Part shown: in pieces, positions 1 to 9,699 of the stretch
Layout of the letters: each line of letters begins with the position of its first letter
How positions within the stretch are numbered: position 1 is the stretch's first letter
Assembly (NCBI GenBank): GCA_038729465.1
Contig: JAVYRZ010000006.1
Location: forward strand, 1,697-65,696
Reading direction: 5' to 3'
Length of the DNA stretch: 64,000 bases
From: Thermoplasmata archaeon
GTDB lineage: Archaea > Thermoplasmatota > Thermoplasmata > Thermoplasmatales > ARK-15
Notes under the pieces: generated by a model
Seen by the model: only the letters and a program-made list of their open reading frames with translations
Databases searched by the model: none
What the model was told of the DNA's origin: nothing
Position numbers and translations under genes: made by a program

Positions 1-786
1 TTTTTGCAAGTATTGGACCCAGAGTCATGGCGATATTTTGGAGACAAAAAACTGATTTTTGAAAGATTAGAAAAAGAGTTTGAAAATAACAGACCTAAGT
101 TAATTCTATTTCCTTCCCCCGATAATCCGACGAGTCAGATACCAGATTATGATTTTGTAAAATCTGTTTTTAAAATAGCAAAAGATTATAATGCTTATGT
201 CGCCATAGATACTGCTTACAAATCTCAGTATTTTTCAGAAAACTATCCTACTTATTTTTCTGATGGACCTCTAGATTATGAAAATTTAATACTTATTGAA
301 TCTAATTCTAAGTGGGGTAGAGGGTTGGGAAGAAGGTTGGGATGGGTTATCGCAGATTCAGAGATCATAAATGCCTTAGAACGTGTACAGCAGGCAACAG
401 TACTTTGCCCAGATACGCTCCATCAAATGGCACTTTACAATTATTTAGACCAGAACATTAAGAATGGAAACCTAAACAAGTATCTTCAAAAATCAAGAGA
501 AATGTATAAAAAGGCAGCTACGGTAACAGCAAAGGCTATAGAGCAAGAGATAGGTTACCCATACTTAAAACCTGAGGGTGGACTTTATACAGTGATGAAA
601 GTACCTTATAATGGTGACAAATTTGTAATGGACGTGTTGAAAAATACGGGAGTTCTATTTATTCCGGGTGCTGGTTTTGGTAAAAGCCTTGAAAATGGAG
701 TAAGAATTTCTTATGGGCCACTTGTGCTAAATACTTCTCTCATCGAAGAGGGAATGGAAAAAGTAGGTGCATATCTAAAAAAATGA
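1..786 (+). CDS. Class I/II PLP-dependent aminotransferase, C-terminal part (5' end outside the window)
   Basis: The ORF is open from the window edge. SNSKWGRGLGRRLGW matches the SxSK...GxRxG PLP-lysine region, and the C-terminal RISYG block is typical of the fold. Confidence 0.8.
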   Translation, partial: FLQVLDPESWRYFGDKKLIFERLEKEFENNRPKLILFPSPDNPTSQIPDYDFVKSVFKIAKDYNAYVAIDTAYKSQYFSENYPTYFSDGPLDYENLILIESNSKWGRGLGRRLGWVIADSEIINALERVQQATVLCPDTLHQMALYNYLDQNIKNGNLNKYLQKSREMYKKAATVTAKAIEQEIGYPYLKPEGGLYTVMKVPYNGDKFVMDVLKNTGVLFIPGAGFGKSLENGVRISYGPLVLNTSLIEEGMEKVGAYLKK

Positions 787-1136
787 AAGTTGTACTAGAT
801 ACAAATATTTTATTACTTCCATTTACCACGAAAATTAATCTTGACACAGAGCTGAACAGGCTAAATTTTACAGAAATTTATGTACCAACTTGTGTGGTTG
901 AAGAACTAAAGAAACTTGCAATAAAGAATAACAATGCTAAATCTGCATTGAACCTTATTCATAAATATAATAACGTCATAACCACTAAAAAAGGAGATTT
1001 AGGTGTTATAGAGGCATCAGAAAAGCTAAATGCTGCAGTAGCTACCAATGATAAAGAATTAAGAAGAATTTTAAAGGAGAAAAGTATTATAAGAGTCATA
1101 CCAAGACAAAAATCATATCTGATGGTGGAAAAATGA
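783..1136 (+). CDS. PIN-domain protein (Fcf1/Utp24-like, COG1412-type)
   Basis: N-terminal VLDTNILL acidic motif and a later ATNDKELRR motif fit a PIN domain. It overlaps the upstream gene by 4 nt (ATGA). Confidence 0.7.
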   Translation: MKVVLDTNILLLPFTTKINLDTELNRLNFTEIYVPTCVVEELKKLAIKNNNAKSALNLIHKYNNVITTKKGDLGVIEASEKLNAAVATNDKELRRILKEKSIIRVIPRQKSYLMVEK

Positions 1137-1789
1137 CATTTAAGGAATTGGATATATTAAAATATCTGGCTTTGAAAGGAGCAGATAAACAATTTATTAC
1201 CATTACAACGAATGCCTGCGCAAAAGAAATGAATATAAGCCAGCAATCGTTTTCTAGAAAAATTCTGATATTAGACAAATATAAATATATCAGCAGGTCA
1301 ATGGGCGTAAAATCACAAAAAATTAAAATTACTGAAGAAGGCTTAACAGTGCTTAAAAAAGAGATGATTGATTATATGAAAATATTTGAAATGAATAACA
1401 ATATAGAACTTGAGGGAAAAGTAGTTTCTGGGCTTGGAGAAGGGTACTACTATATGAAAGAGAGGAATTATAGGGACCAGATCATTAAAAAACTTAATAT
1501 AAAACCTTTTTTGGGCACTCTTAACGTTAAGGTAAACAGTGAGTATTTACCTAAACTAGAATTGATTAGAGCTGCCCAAGGCATAGTAATAGAAGGATTT
1601 AAAACTGAAGATAGATCATTCGGAGACGTAATAGCTTATCATGCTAAAATTGAAGAGATTAACGCGGCATTAATTATACCAGACAGAACTCATTATACGG
1701 ATACAATCGAGATAATTTCCGCAATAAAATTAAGAGATTTTTTCAAACTGAAAGATGGGGATCAGATAAAAATAATAATAAATATATAA
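1133..1789 (+). CDS. rbkR: HTH domain fused to archaeal CTP-dependent riboflavin kinase (RbkR-type)
   Basis: N-terminal wHTH-like region. C-terminal GKVVSGLGEGYYYM...FLGTLNVKV matches the archaeal RibK (MJ0056-type) core. ATGA overlap with the PIN gene. Confidence 0.7.
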   Translation: MTFKELDILKYLALKGADKQFITITTNACAKEMNISQQSFSRKILILDKYKYISRSMGVKSQKIKITEEGLTVLKKEMIDYMKIFEMNNNIELEGKVVSGLGEGYYYMKERNYRDQIIKKLNIKPFLGTLNVKVNSEYLPKLELIRAAQGIVIEGFKTEDRSFGDVIAYHAKIEEINAALIIPDRTHYTDTIEIISAIKLRDFFKLKDGDQIKIIINI

Positions 1790-1794
1790 AGAAA

Positions 1795-2171
1795 AGTTAG
1801 TATTAGTAATCCTCCGATATTTAGATAGGAAATACGCGGACTGTTTTTGATAGATGCTTATATATAAGAAATAATTAAAACTTCCAAAGCAAAGCTTTAT
1901 CATCACAAAAAAGTATTGAAAAACATTTTGGTGATTGCAGGTTTGTTTGCAACTATTTTTATCAGAACATATCATTGTGAAAACTGTGAATAGGGTTAGA
2001 TAGAGATCTGAACACATCGCTAAACATGGCGAAGATAGAAACGTTAAAAGCAGGTTAGCGCAATCTGAATTTACGTTTGTGGAGATTGCAACATTCTGCT
2101 AGCATGAAATATATCCGTACACTCTTGGGCATAGGGGCAAGGAAACTCCGATACTTTAGCTGAGGAGTAGC
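1795..2171 (+). repeat. Repeat family F1, copy 1 (~377 bp, MITE-like or ncRNA-bearing element)
   Basis: Alignable end to end with 3674-4044. The left ~250 nt are about 90 percent identical by eye; the right ~130 nt are much more diverged. Ends carry TAATCCTC / GAGGAGTA inverted termini and a direct ~20-nt motif CTCCGATAyTTTAG..AGGA at 1812-1830 and 2146-2166. The element abuts the pyrI stop codon. Confidence 0.8.
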
Positions 2172-2639
2172 TCAAATTATGTTTTTTAAGATATCTTGTT
2201 GATCCATTTCTCGTTCACAATATTTGCATTTTATCTTAATTGGTTTTGAGGATATTGTTATAAATTCAGGTTCTATTGGTTCATTTTGATTAGTAACACA
2301 GCTTGGATTGGAGCATTTTACAATACCTTTTAGTGATTTCGGTACCTGAACTCTGTATTTCTCTGTTACTTCATAGTTTTTTATAATGTTTACTGTAGCA
2401 GAAGTAGTAATCAAAGATATTTTATTTATTTCTTTTTCGCCAATGTATCTATCTTCTATCTTTACAATATCCTTAAATTTTTTGGACTTACTGCTTACAT
2501 GCATTAAAATACTAATTGTAGATCCAATATCGTCTTCAATTCCCAATATCTTCAATACTTTCAGCGCGAAACCGCTATCTATATGATCTAGCACTATTCC
2601 GTTTTTTATTTTTTGAACTTTTAATGTTTGTTCATCCAT
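2172..2639 (-). CDS. pyrI: Aspartate carbamoyltransferase regulatory chain
   Basis: N-terminal KIKNGIVLDHI block and a C-terminal Zn domain (CSNPSCVTN...CKYCE). Immediately downstream of pyrB. Confidence 0.9.
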   Translation of the reverse strand: MDEQTLKVQKIKNGIVLDHIDSGFALKVLKILGIEDDIGSTISILMHVSSKSKKFKDIVKIEDRYIGEKEINKISLITTSATVNIIKNYEVTEKYRVQVPKSLKGIVKCSNPSCVTNQNEPIEPEFITISSKPIKIKCKYCEREMDQQDILKNII

Positions 2640-2641
2640 AT

Positions 2642-3559
2642 TTATCTAGCTCCCAGTACCATGCTCAAAAGTGCCATTCTTATAGGCACACCATTAGCCG
2701 CTTGCGTGAAATACTTTGCGTTAGGTAAAGCGTCAACGTCTGTACTTATCTCATTTATGCGAGGCAGTGGATGCATCACTATTACATTTTCCTTTGCTTT
2801 TTCTAACAATTTTCTATCTATTATATAAGATCCTGCAACTTTCTGGTACTCGTTTATGTCCCCAAAACGTTCTTTTTGAATTCTAGTAACATAAATTACA
2901 TCTAGATCTTTTATTACTTCTTCAAGATTGTCAGTAACTATATGGTTAACTCTGTCTGATATCTCTCTAATTATGTAATCCGGCATCTGTAAAAGTTTTG
3001 GCGATATAAAATAAAGGTTGGCACCAAACTCTGCCAATGCATGTGTTAATGAATGGACGGTTCTTCCATATTTCAGATCTCCAACAAATCCAATGTTAAT
3101 GTTGTTTAACCTTCCCTTCTCTTTCTTTATGGTATATAAATCCAGAAGAGTCTGCGTTGGGTGCTGGCCAGCACCATCCCCTGCATTAATGACAGGGTGA
3201 TCTGCAAAATGAGCGGCTAGTTTAGCAGCACCTTCATAAGAATGTCTTATTACTATCACATCTGAATACGCGTCGACCATTCGAATAGTATCTGCAAGTG
3301 TTTCTCCCTTTGCAAAAGAAGTGCTTTTGGGATCTGAGAAAGTTATTACATTTCCTCCAAGCTTGAACATACTAGCTTCAAACGACATTTTAGTTCTGGT
3401 GCTAGGCTCAAAAAAAAGTGTAGCAAGAACCTTGCCCTTCAATATATCTAAACTGTTTCCATTAACATAGGGAACCATTGTGTCAGCAACTCTGAAAATC
3501 TCTTCAATATCATCCTTTTTCAGGTCTTTTATAGAGACTATATCTTTTCCTTTAATCAT
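2642..3559 (-). CDS. pyrB: Aspartate carbamoyltransferase catalytic chain
   Basis: FFEPSTRTKMSFE, HPTQ and HPLPR motifs are all present. Confidence 0.95.
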   Translation of the reverse strand: MIKGKDIVSIKDLKKDDIEEIFRVADTMVPYVNGNSLDILKGKVLATLFFEPSTRTKMSFEASMFKLGGNVITFSDPKSTSFAKGETLADTIRMVDAYSDVIVIRHSYEGAAKLAAHFADHPVINAGDGAGQHPTQTLLDLYTIKKEKGRLNNINIGFVGDLKYGRTVHSLTHALAEFGANLYFISPKLLQMPDYIIREISDRVNHIVTDNLEEVIKDLDVIYVTRIQKERFGDINEYQKVAGSYIIDRKLLEKAKENVIVMHPLPRINEISTDVDALPNAKYFTQAANGVPIRMALLSMVLGAR

Positions 3560-3673
3560 TATTAACAGTTAATAAAATACTTTGATTTAATATTTTGCAA
3601 TTTTTATGAATAAAATTCTGGTTGAAAAAATAAAAGCGCGTAAAACACAGAAATAAGTTAGCAAGTAAAATAA

Positions 3674-4044
3674 AGTTAGCAGTAATCCTCCAGTATTTAG
3701 ATAGGGGATATATGGACTGTTTTCAATAGATGATTATATATAAGAAATGATTAAAACTGTCAAAGCAAAGCTTTATCATCACAAAAAAGTATTAGAAAAA
3801 CCTCTTTTTGTTGCAGATTTGTTTGTAACTATTTTTATTAGAAAATATCATTGTGAAAACTGTGAATAGAATTAGACAGAGATCTGAACACATCGCTAAA
3901 CATGGCGAAGATAGAAATGATAAAAGTAGGAGTGGTGCAATTTGAATTACGCCTGTGACGGTTATCCTGCTAATATGAAATATCTCTGTAAAAGCAGATA
4001 TTCGTGATCCTAAAAAGCTCCGATGCTTTAGTTGAGGATTAGCT
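3674..4044 (+). repeat. Repeat family F1, copy 2 (~371 bp)
   Basis: Direct-orientation homologue of 1795-2171. Together the two copies bracket pyrBI. It lies 53 nt from the rpe stop codon. No ORF of 60 aa or more lies within it. Confidence 0.8.
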
Positions 4045-4097
4045 ATTACAAAAATAATTGTTGCACATATTTATTTAGGCTATAGTAACTTTCTTGT

Positions 4098-4742
4098 TTA
4101 AAATATAGAATAAAACTTTTTTATGTTATCTGAAATATTGCCATTAAATATCGCGCTTGCAGCCACTAGATAATCCGCACCAGCCTCAATTATAGCCTTT
4201 GCATTACTTTGATTTACACCACCATCTACCTCGATCTTAATGTTCAAATTATTTTTTAGAATAATTTCTTTAATATTTTTTATTTTATTGAGTGATTCGA
4301 TTATAAATTTTTGACCTGAAAAACCAGGATGAACCGACATAACTAATATGAAATCTATATACTTAAGAAAACCAGAAACCTTGAAAACATCTGTTTCAGG
4401 ATTGATGGCCAAACCAATCATAATATTAGATTTTTTAGCTTGTTTCAATATTTTATCATCTTTAATTGTCTCAACATGAACAGTGATAATATCCGATCCT
4501 GCACTTATAAATTGATCCATATACTTTTCTGGGTGTTCAATCATTAAGTGGCTGTCTAATTTAGCCGATGTTACTCTTCTTATACTTTCTACAACAATAG
4601 GCCCAAAAGATATATTCGGAACAAAATGACCGTCCATTATGTCTAAGTGAAACATACTAATTCCATTAGCTTCGCATTCTTTTATATCTTTTTCTAAATT
4701 AGCAAAGTTAGCAGAAAGTATAGATGGCACTAATATAACCAT
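4098..4742 (-). CDS. rpe: Ribulose-phosphate 3-epimerase
   Basis: HLDIMDGHFVPN, MSVHPGFSGQKF and EVDGGV motifs. Confidence 0.9.
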   Translation of the reverse strand: MVILVPSILSANFANLEKDIKECEANGISMFHLDIMDGHFVPNISFGPIVVESIRRVTSAKLDSHLMIEHPEKYMDQFISAGSDIITVHVETIKDDKILKQAKKSNIMIGLAINPETDVFKVSGFLKYIDFILVMSVHPGFSGQKFIIESLNKIKNIKEIILKNNLNIKIEVDGGVNQSNAKAIIEAGADYLVAASAIFNGNISDNIKKFYSIF

Positions 4743-4810
4743 AAGTAAGTTAATAATCAGGTATTATATTAACTCTTTTTTAATTGGTTTGAATATAGAT
4801 TAAATATGCT

Positions 4811-5812
4811 CTATAATATCTTGAGGTCTGCTACAATATGCCATATATGTGGAGCATATGATTTTACTACGGAAAAATATAGAAGTTTATACTCAAATCC
4901 ATATCTTTTAGAATAATTGTCTAAAACTAAACTCTTATTTTTCAATTCTTCAGTAGTCCATGTATTGTGAAAATGGATTGTTCCTTTTCCATCTGCCAAC
5001 AATGAAAGTGCCTTAGGTATAAATTTTTCAGTATTTATATATCCCATCAAAATACGGTTTGCTTTTGCTTTATCAAAGTTTCTATTATCTCCTAAATATG
5101 GCTCAATATTATCAATATTATTCAACTTAATATTCTCTTTAAGATATTTAAAGGCAACAGGATTTAATTCACATGCATAAATCTTTATTGGCTTTTGATA
5201 TTTTGCTAGAGGTAATGCAAAATAACCGATCCCGGCAAACATGTCTATAATTGTTTCAGAATCAACATTGATCTTGCTCATCCTTATTCTTTCATTCACG
5301 TTTCCAGAAGAAAACATAATTTTAATTGCGTCAAATTTATATTTTATACTATTCTCTATATGTATTGTTTCAGATTCATTCCCATAAATTATATCCATAT
5401 CCGGAACTCTGATTATGTCATGAATCTTACCTTTCTCATTAAGTATGGTTTTGACGTTTAACTCTTTAGCGTAAACAGGTAAAATCTGATTTTTAAAAGG
5501 TTCTAGTATGGGTGGATATTTCAATATTAGCACAGATCCATATTTTTCCCATCTATTGGGAAGATGCTCCTTTAAACTTTCAGAAATATCTAACTTTGCC
5601 TTTATTTTTTCAAAAGGAGAAAGAGTCCCTGATCTCTCAGTACCGTTATATTCTATTACCTGAAGATCAGTATTTTTAATATACTCAGTTATAGGAAGTA
5701 TCAGGTTGTTGTTAACAAGTTCTATTTTCCTAGTATGATCTAACTTTTTAGCTATTTCTAACTTTTTCCGGATTCTCTCTCCATTCTTTTTTTCTACTTT
5801 AACTGCATACAT
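4811..5812 (-). CDS. Met-10+ family tRNA methyltransferase (Trm5/Taw2-like)
   Basis: DMFAGIGYFALPLA SAM-binding motif followed by CELNP. Length is typical of archaeal Trm5/Taw2. Confidence 0.7.
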   Translation of the reverse strand: MYAVKVEKKNGERIRKKLEIAKKLDHTRKIELVNNNLILPITEYIKNTDLQVIEYNGTERSGTLSPFEKIKAKLDISESLKEHLPNRWEKYGSVLILKYPPILEPFKNQILPVYAKELNVKTILNEKGKIHDIIRVPDMDIIYGNESETIHIENSIKYKFDAIKIMFSSGNVNERIRMSKINVDSETIIDMFAGIGYFALPLAKYQKPIKIYACELNPVAFKYLKENIKLNNIDNIEPYLGDNRNFDKAKANRILMGYINTEKFIPKALSLLADGKGTIHFHNTWTTEELKNKSLVLDNYSKRYGFEYKLLYFSVVKSYAPHIWHIVADLKIL

Positions 5813-6085
5813 CTTTTTACTATCTAATAGATTTTGTCAAATCTTCGTTGATAAGATCTGGCCTGTTATCATCTGCTCTGTACATATGTAAATTTTCAGC
5901 TCGGTTTTTTTACATTTATATCACTACCATATATGAACTTTCCTAAAGATCAGATGCCTGACAGGTATCGCAAAAAAAGCCGGCCGTTAAAAAAATTTAC
6001 TATTCAGGCAATGTTATCTCATGAAAAGATTTATATGAATTTTCGTATTAATGCTTTTAGTAGAAAATTTGAGGTGATTTATGAA

Positions 6086-6277
6086 ATGACACAGAAACCA
6101 GTAGTCGATGAACCAACATGCATTGCTTGTGGAATATGCGCATCAGTATGTCCTGCGAATCCAATAGTTTTTGAAATACAAAATGTAAGTAAAGTAATAC
6201 ATCCAGAAGCTTGCATTGATGGATGCACTGAATGTTTAGATAACTGCCCAACTGGCTCTATAACAATTCAAAAATAA
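6086..6277 (+). CDS. Dicluster 4Fe-4S ferredoxin (63 aa; start moved inward from the track's 5933)
   Basis: CIACGICASVCP and CIDGCTECLDNCP cluster motifs. GAGGTGA lies 8 nt upstream of the ATG at 6086. The track's N-terminal extension has no recognisable features. Confidence 0.75.
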   Translation: MTQKPVVDEPTCIACGICASVCPANPIVFEIQNVSKVIHPEACIDGCTECLDNCPTGSITIQK

Positions 6278-6311
6278 ACACTCTCTTTTTTTATTTTAGA
6301 TTTGCTAATTC

Positions 6312-7085
6312 TTATTTGAGAAGAGATAGTATAACATTTTTCAATTTTGGCACAGTATCGAATAACTCTAACTCAGATACTGAGATCCATTTATATTCAG
6401 TATGCTCCCAATCTATCTTAATAGTATCTATGTCTATTTCCCAGAGAAAGGTGTAAATTTTCCACAATGTTTCATGATCTCTCGTATAAATAAAATTTCC
6501 TTGTTTTAGAAGTTTTAAATGCTCTTTTTTCAGGCCTGTTTCTTCTTCTATTTCTATCATGGATCTGGATAATGGTTCATCCTTAGGCTCTATATAACCC
6601 GATACTCCAGCCCATTTATTTTTGTTTGTCTTAACTTTATCGCTTCTTTTAAGTATCAAAATCTTGTCTTTGTATTTTAATATCCCAGTAACTACTTCTA
6701 CAGGTTCAATGTTTATCTCTATTTTATTGTCGTTAATCTTTACATAATCATTATCTGCGAATATATCTATATCGATCATATCTATTGTAGGAATATTGCT
6801 CATTACTGCACCAGTAGCTACAATCTCATCAATTTTTCTGCAAATCATCGCCCTTGGAGCAACATTATAATATTTTAGAGAGTAAATAACATAAGATCCT
6901 ACAGTACTTCCTTTTCCTCGATCAAATACAAAAATAGAATCTTTAATCTCTCTATCTTTGCATAATCCACTATTTATTTTAGATGTTATTGAATCAACAC
7001 CGCCCAAAAATGAAACAGATTCATCACATTTTATAACAGACCCTTCTGCCTTTCCTTTGTATATAGTTCTGCCTTCAATTATCAT
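6312..7085 (-). CDS. Aconitase X small subunit (DUF126-like) fused to a C-terminal Nudix hydrolase domain
   Basis: N-terminal FLGGVD...GKGSTVGSYV...APRAMI matches the AcnX swivel/small subunit. The C-terminus carries a 23-residue Nudix box, GYIEPKDEPLSRSMIEIEEETGL, which fits GX5EX7REUXEEXGU with E7->D and R15->I. Confidence 0.7.
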   Translation of the reverse strand: MIIEGRTIYKGKAEGSVIKCDESVSFLGGVDSITSKINSGLCKDREIKDSIFVFDRGKGSTVGSYVIYSLKYYNVAPRAMICRKIDEIVATGAVMSNIPTIDMIDIDIFADNDYVKINDNKIEINIEPVEVVTGILKYKDKILILKRSDKVKTNKNKWAGVSGYIEPKDEPLSRSMIEIEEETGLKKEHLKLLKQGNFIYTRDHETLWKIYTFLWEIDIDTIKIDWEHTEYKWISVSELELFDTVPKLKNVILSLLK

Positions 7086-8260
7086 TTACAGACCATCTCC
7101 AAAAGTGTATAAATATCATAAAATACAGTATCCTGGTTAGAGTAGTTTGGTAATCTTAGATAGTAAACTGCCTTCCCTGAGTTTGTTGCAGTAACATTAA
7201 ATTTTAGATTTATAGGTGCAACAACCATACAAGTGTCTGCATAAACTTTACCGCCAAAATCTTCTATCTGAGCCACGTAATTGTAAGCTTTCTGTTTTGT
7301 AGATCGCGACGTAAATAACCACAATTCTACATTATCTTTTTTCTTCTTGTTTTTTAAGTATAATGCAATTTCTTTTAATTCTAAATAGGATAAATGAGGA
7401 CATCCTAAAGCCACGAGTTCCGGATCTTTATGGCTATTAAATTTCTCTCGATATTCTTTTATATCATTTTCCTCAATCGTTATTTTTTCTAATCCTTGGT
7501 CCGACATTTTCCATTCTGGTGTGATCATCTCAGCATGAAACATTGGTATTGCACCGGTTGCGTTCATAGCTGCACCTAGGCTTTTTAATGCACTTTCTGT
7601 ATAGTCTCTGATACCTGTAATATAAGGTATCCCATTCTTAACTTTTTCTCCTATCAATAACCCAATTACAGCAAAGTCAGCCATTGAGGGTGTAAACTTC
7701 AAAACTATTTTTACAGTTGCCTTTCTATTTTCGGAAATGTGCAATCCGTATAATGGAGTTTTTCCCAACAATGCTGCAGCCATCGCAGATACCCCGCTTT
7801 CTCTATTGGTTCTGGCTCCAAGTATTGAATTTGCGTAAATTACAGCTGAAGATTCTGCCCAAGCTATATCATCACCAAACGATGGAATATTCTCAAAATA
7901 ATAGGGGGTGCAAGTGTAAGTAGCGAGTACTCCCATTGATTTATAAAGATTTAAAATTTTGATCTGCTTTGCAATAAAGTCCGAAGATAAATTTAAATAG
8001 TGTGGGTACTCCATATCAAATCCAATGGGATTTAATGTAGTTTTTACCTTCACTTTCTCTCCTTTAAAATGTTGTAGAAAATCTATCCCACCATCCCCAA
8101 TATTTTTATATGACACTCCAGAAATCTGCGCAGATTTTATTTCAATTAATTTTTCTGCACCAAAAATTGCACCTAAAGAATTTAACAACTCCATTGCTTT
8201 TTGCAGTGCAGTTCCTTTTTCTCCTTGTAATATTTGCTCTTCATCATTGCTTAAATACAT
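7082..8260 (-). CDS. Aconitase X large subunit (DUF521; phosphomevalonate dehydratase / hydroxyproline dehydratase family)
   Basis: About 390 aa with the N-terminal LSNDEEQILQGEKG...AMELL pattern typical of DUF521. 4-nt overlap with the small-subunit gene. Confidence 0.7.
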   Translation of the reverse strand: MYLSNDEEQILQGEKGTALQKAMELLNSLGAIFGAEKLIEIKSAQISGVSYKNIGDGGIDFLQHFKGEKVKVKTTLNPIGFDMEYPHYLNLSSDFIAKQIKILNLYKSMGVLATYTCTPYYFENIPSFGDDIAWAESSAVIYANSILGARTNRESGVSAMAAALLGKTPLYGLHISENRKATVKIVLKFTPSMADFAVIGLLIGEKVKNGIPYITGIRDYTESALKSLGAAMNATGAIPMFHAEMITPEWKMSDQGLEKITIEENDIKEYREKFNSHKDPELVALGCPHLSYLELKEIALYLKNKKKKDNVELWLFTSRSTKQKAYNYVAQIEDFGGKVYADTCMVVAPINLKFNVTATNSGKAVYYLRLPNYSNQDTVFYDIYTLLEMVCK

Positions 8261-8307
8261 ATTTTATCAATATGCCTATAAAATATTAAAAATCTTGCAT
8301 GTGTTTT

Positions 8308-9081
8308 TTAAATTGTATAACTTTTCTCAATGATTTTTTCTTCTTTTCCAATTTCAGCTACTACCTCAATGTATTCTTTTATGCCTGACGTGTTAATCTT
8401 GTTTTTTAGAAGTTCGTCAATCTGAAATATTCCTGCAGAATTACGCATTTTAATCTTTATAGATATAGGCACATTTGCACCTTCTCCTATTTCTATACTT
8501 TCTATAGCCATTGCAGACACAGAGTAAATATTTACCTTGCCGGCGTTAAATGGTATTCTGGCTCTGCCCTTTGCCATGTCTAGAGCATCAGCAATCTTAA
8601 CTACACCTGCTTCTATTGTTAAAGGAGTTATATCTGAACGATGAGAATAGATGCAATGCAATATTTCTACTTTCATTATCTCTTTTTTCTCTTTATCATA
8701 GACATCTTTCAGTAAATTTTCTAATATATCTATCGCTAAAAAAGTACTTAATAGTTCGTGATCTACGCGATGTATGGAATGCCCGATATCATGTAAAATT
8801 GAGCCTAAAAAAACCACAACTTCTGCATCTTCATTTGAATATGCATAATTTTTAACAATTGTTGGAGTTATACCCTTTTTAATTAATATTCTTAACAGCT
8901 TTAATGCTATGTTAGTAACTATCCTTATATGGACAGGGCCATGATCACTAAAACCTAAGCGATCTATTGCAGTTATGTTTGATGCTTTCCATAGAGTATT
9001 TAGTTCAATACTTTCATTAACTTCTTTCAGTAATATTTCAAGTGTTTTATTATTACGAATTGGTAAATTAATATCGATCAT
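8308..9081 (-). CDS. HD-domain phosphohydrolase
   Basis: GPVH...HDIGH metal-binding HD motif. Same strand as, and upstream of, the AcnX pair. Confidence 0.7.
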   Translation of the reverse strand: MIDINLPIRNNKTLEILLKEVNESIELNTLWKASNITAIDRLGFSDHGPVHIRIVTNIALKLLRILIKKGITPTIVKNYAYSNEDAEVVVFLGSILHDIGHSIHRVDHELLSTFLAIDILENLLKDVYDKEKKEIMKVEILHCIYSHRSDITPLTIEAGVVKIADALDMAKGRARIPFNAGKVNIYSVSAMAIESIEIGEGANVPISIKIKMRNSAGIFQIDELLKNKINTSGIKEYIEVVAEIGKEEKIIEKSYTI

Positions 9082-9245
9082 AAAAGATGAATAGCATAAT
9101 CTATTATTTTATAATTTCTAATGATCGGATGGTACAAATTTACAACTGAATTTTAGATATATAGTAACAAATAACTTAAACATCCATTTCTGACATAGAA
9201 ACCTTAGATAGTTTAATTAATAACTATATCATATAGAGATATTAG

Positions 9246-9698
9246 ATGGAAATAAAAGATCTTTATGCCCTAGTAGACGACCTTATAACTTACGATAAAT
9301 TTTTAAACGAAATAGAAAAGAGAAGGGAAAAATATGGTGGATTACTTACAGATATTGCCATTGCTTATATTATAGTTGATGAGTACGGTAAAAATCCAGG
9401 TAATACGTATAAAATAAAATTTTTAATTGATGGAATAAATGCTACTGTAAGAGGTGAAGTGGTAGAGATCTCTGAAAAAGAAAATGTAAAATCTAAAGAC
9501 AAGGTTCTTACAGTAAAAAAAGTAAAAATTAAAGATGATACAGGAACATGCATAGTTACATTCTGGAATGGAGATATTCCTAAACTTGAAAACGTAAAAA
9601 TAGGGAGTAAAATAAAAATAGTAAACGGATACGTAAAAGAAAATGGTTATGGCCTCACCCTTTCTTTAGGCAAGTGGGGCGTTCTAATTATCGAATAA
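9246..9698 (+). CDS. OB-fold nucleic-acid-binding protein (RPA/SSB-related)
   Basis: The C-terminal ~90 aa alternate beta-strand-like segments (VRGEVVEIS...TGTCIVTFWN...IKIVNGYV) as in an OB fold. This call is inferential. Confidence 0.45.
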   Translation: MEIKDLYALVDDLITYDKFLNEIEKRREKYGGLLTDIAIAYIIVDEYGKNPGNTYKIKFLIDGINATVRGEVVEISEKENVKSKDKVLTVKKVKIKDDTGTCIVTFWNGDIPKLENVKIGSKIKIVNGYVKENGYGLTLSLGKWGVLIIE

Positions 9699-9699
9699 A

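Noticed and set aside
1730-2017. 95-aa minus-strand ORF inside F1 copy 1
   Set aside because: The homologous F1 copy 2 has no ORF of 60 aa or more in any frame. The predicted protein is low-complexity and its frame is not conserved between copies, so this is a chance ORF in AT-rich repeat DNA.
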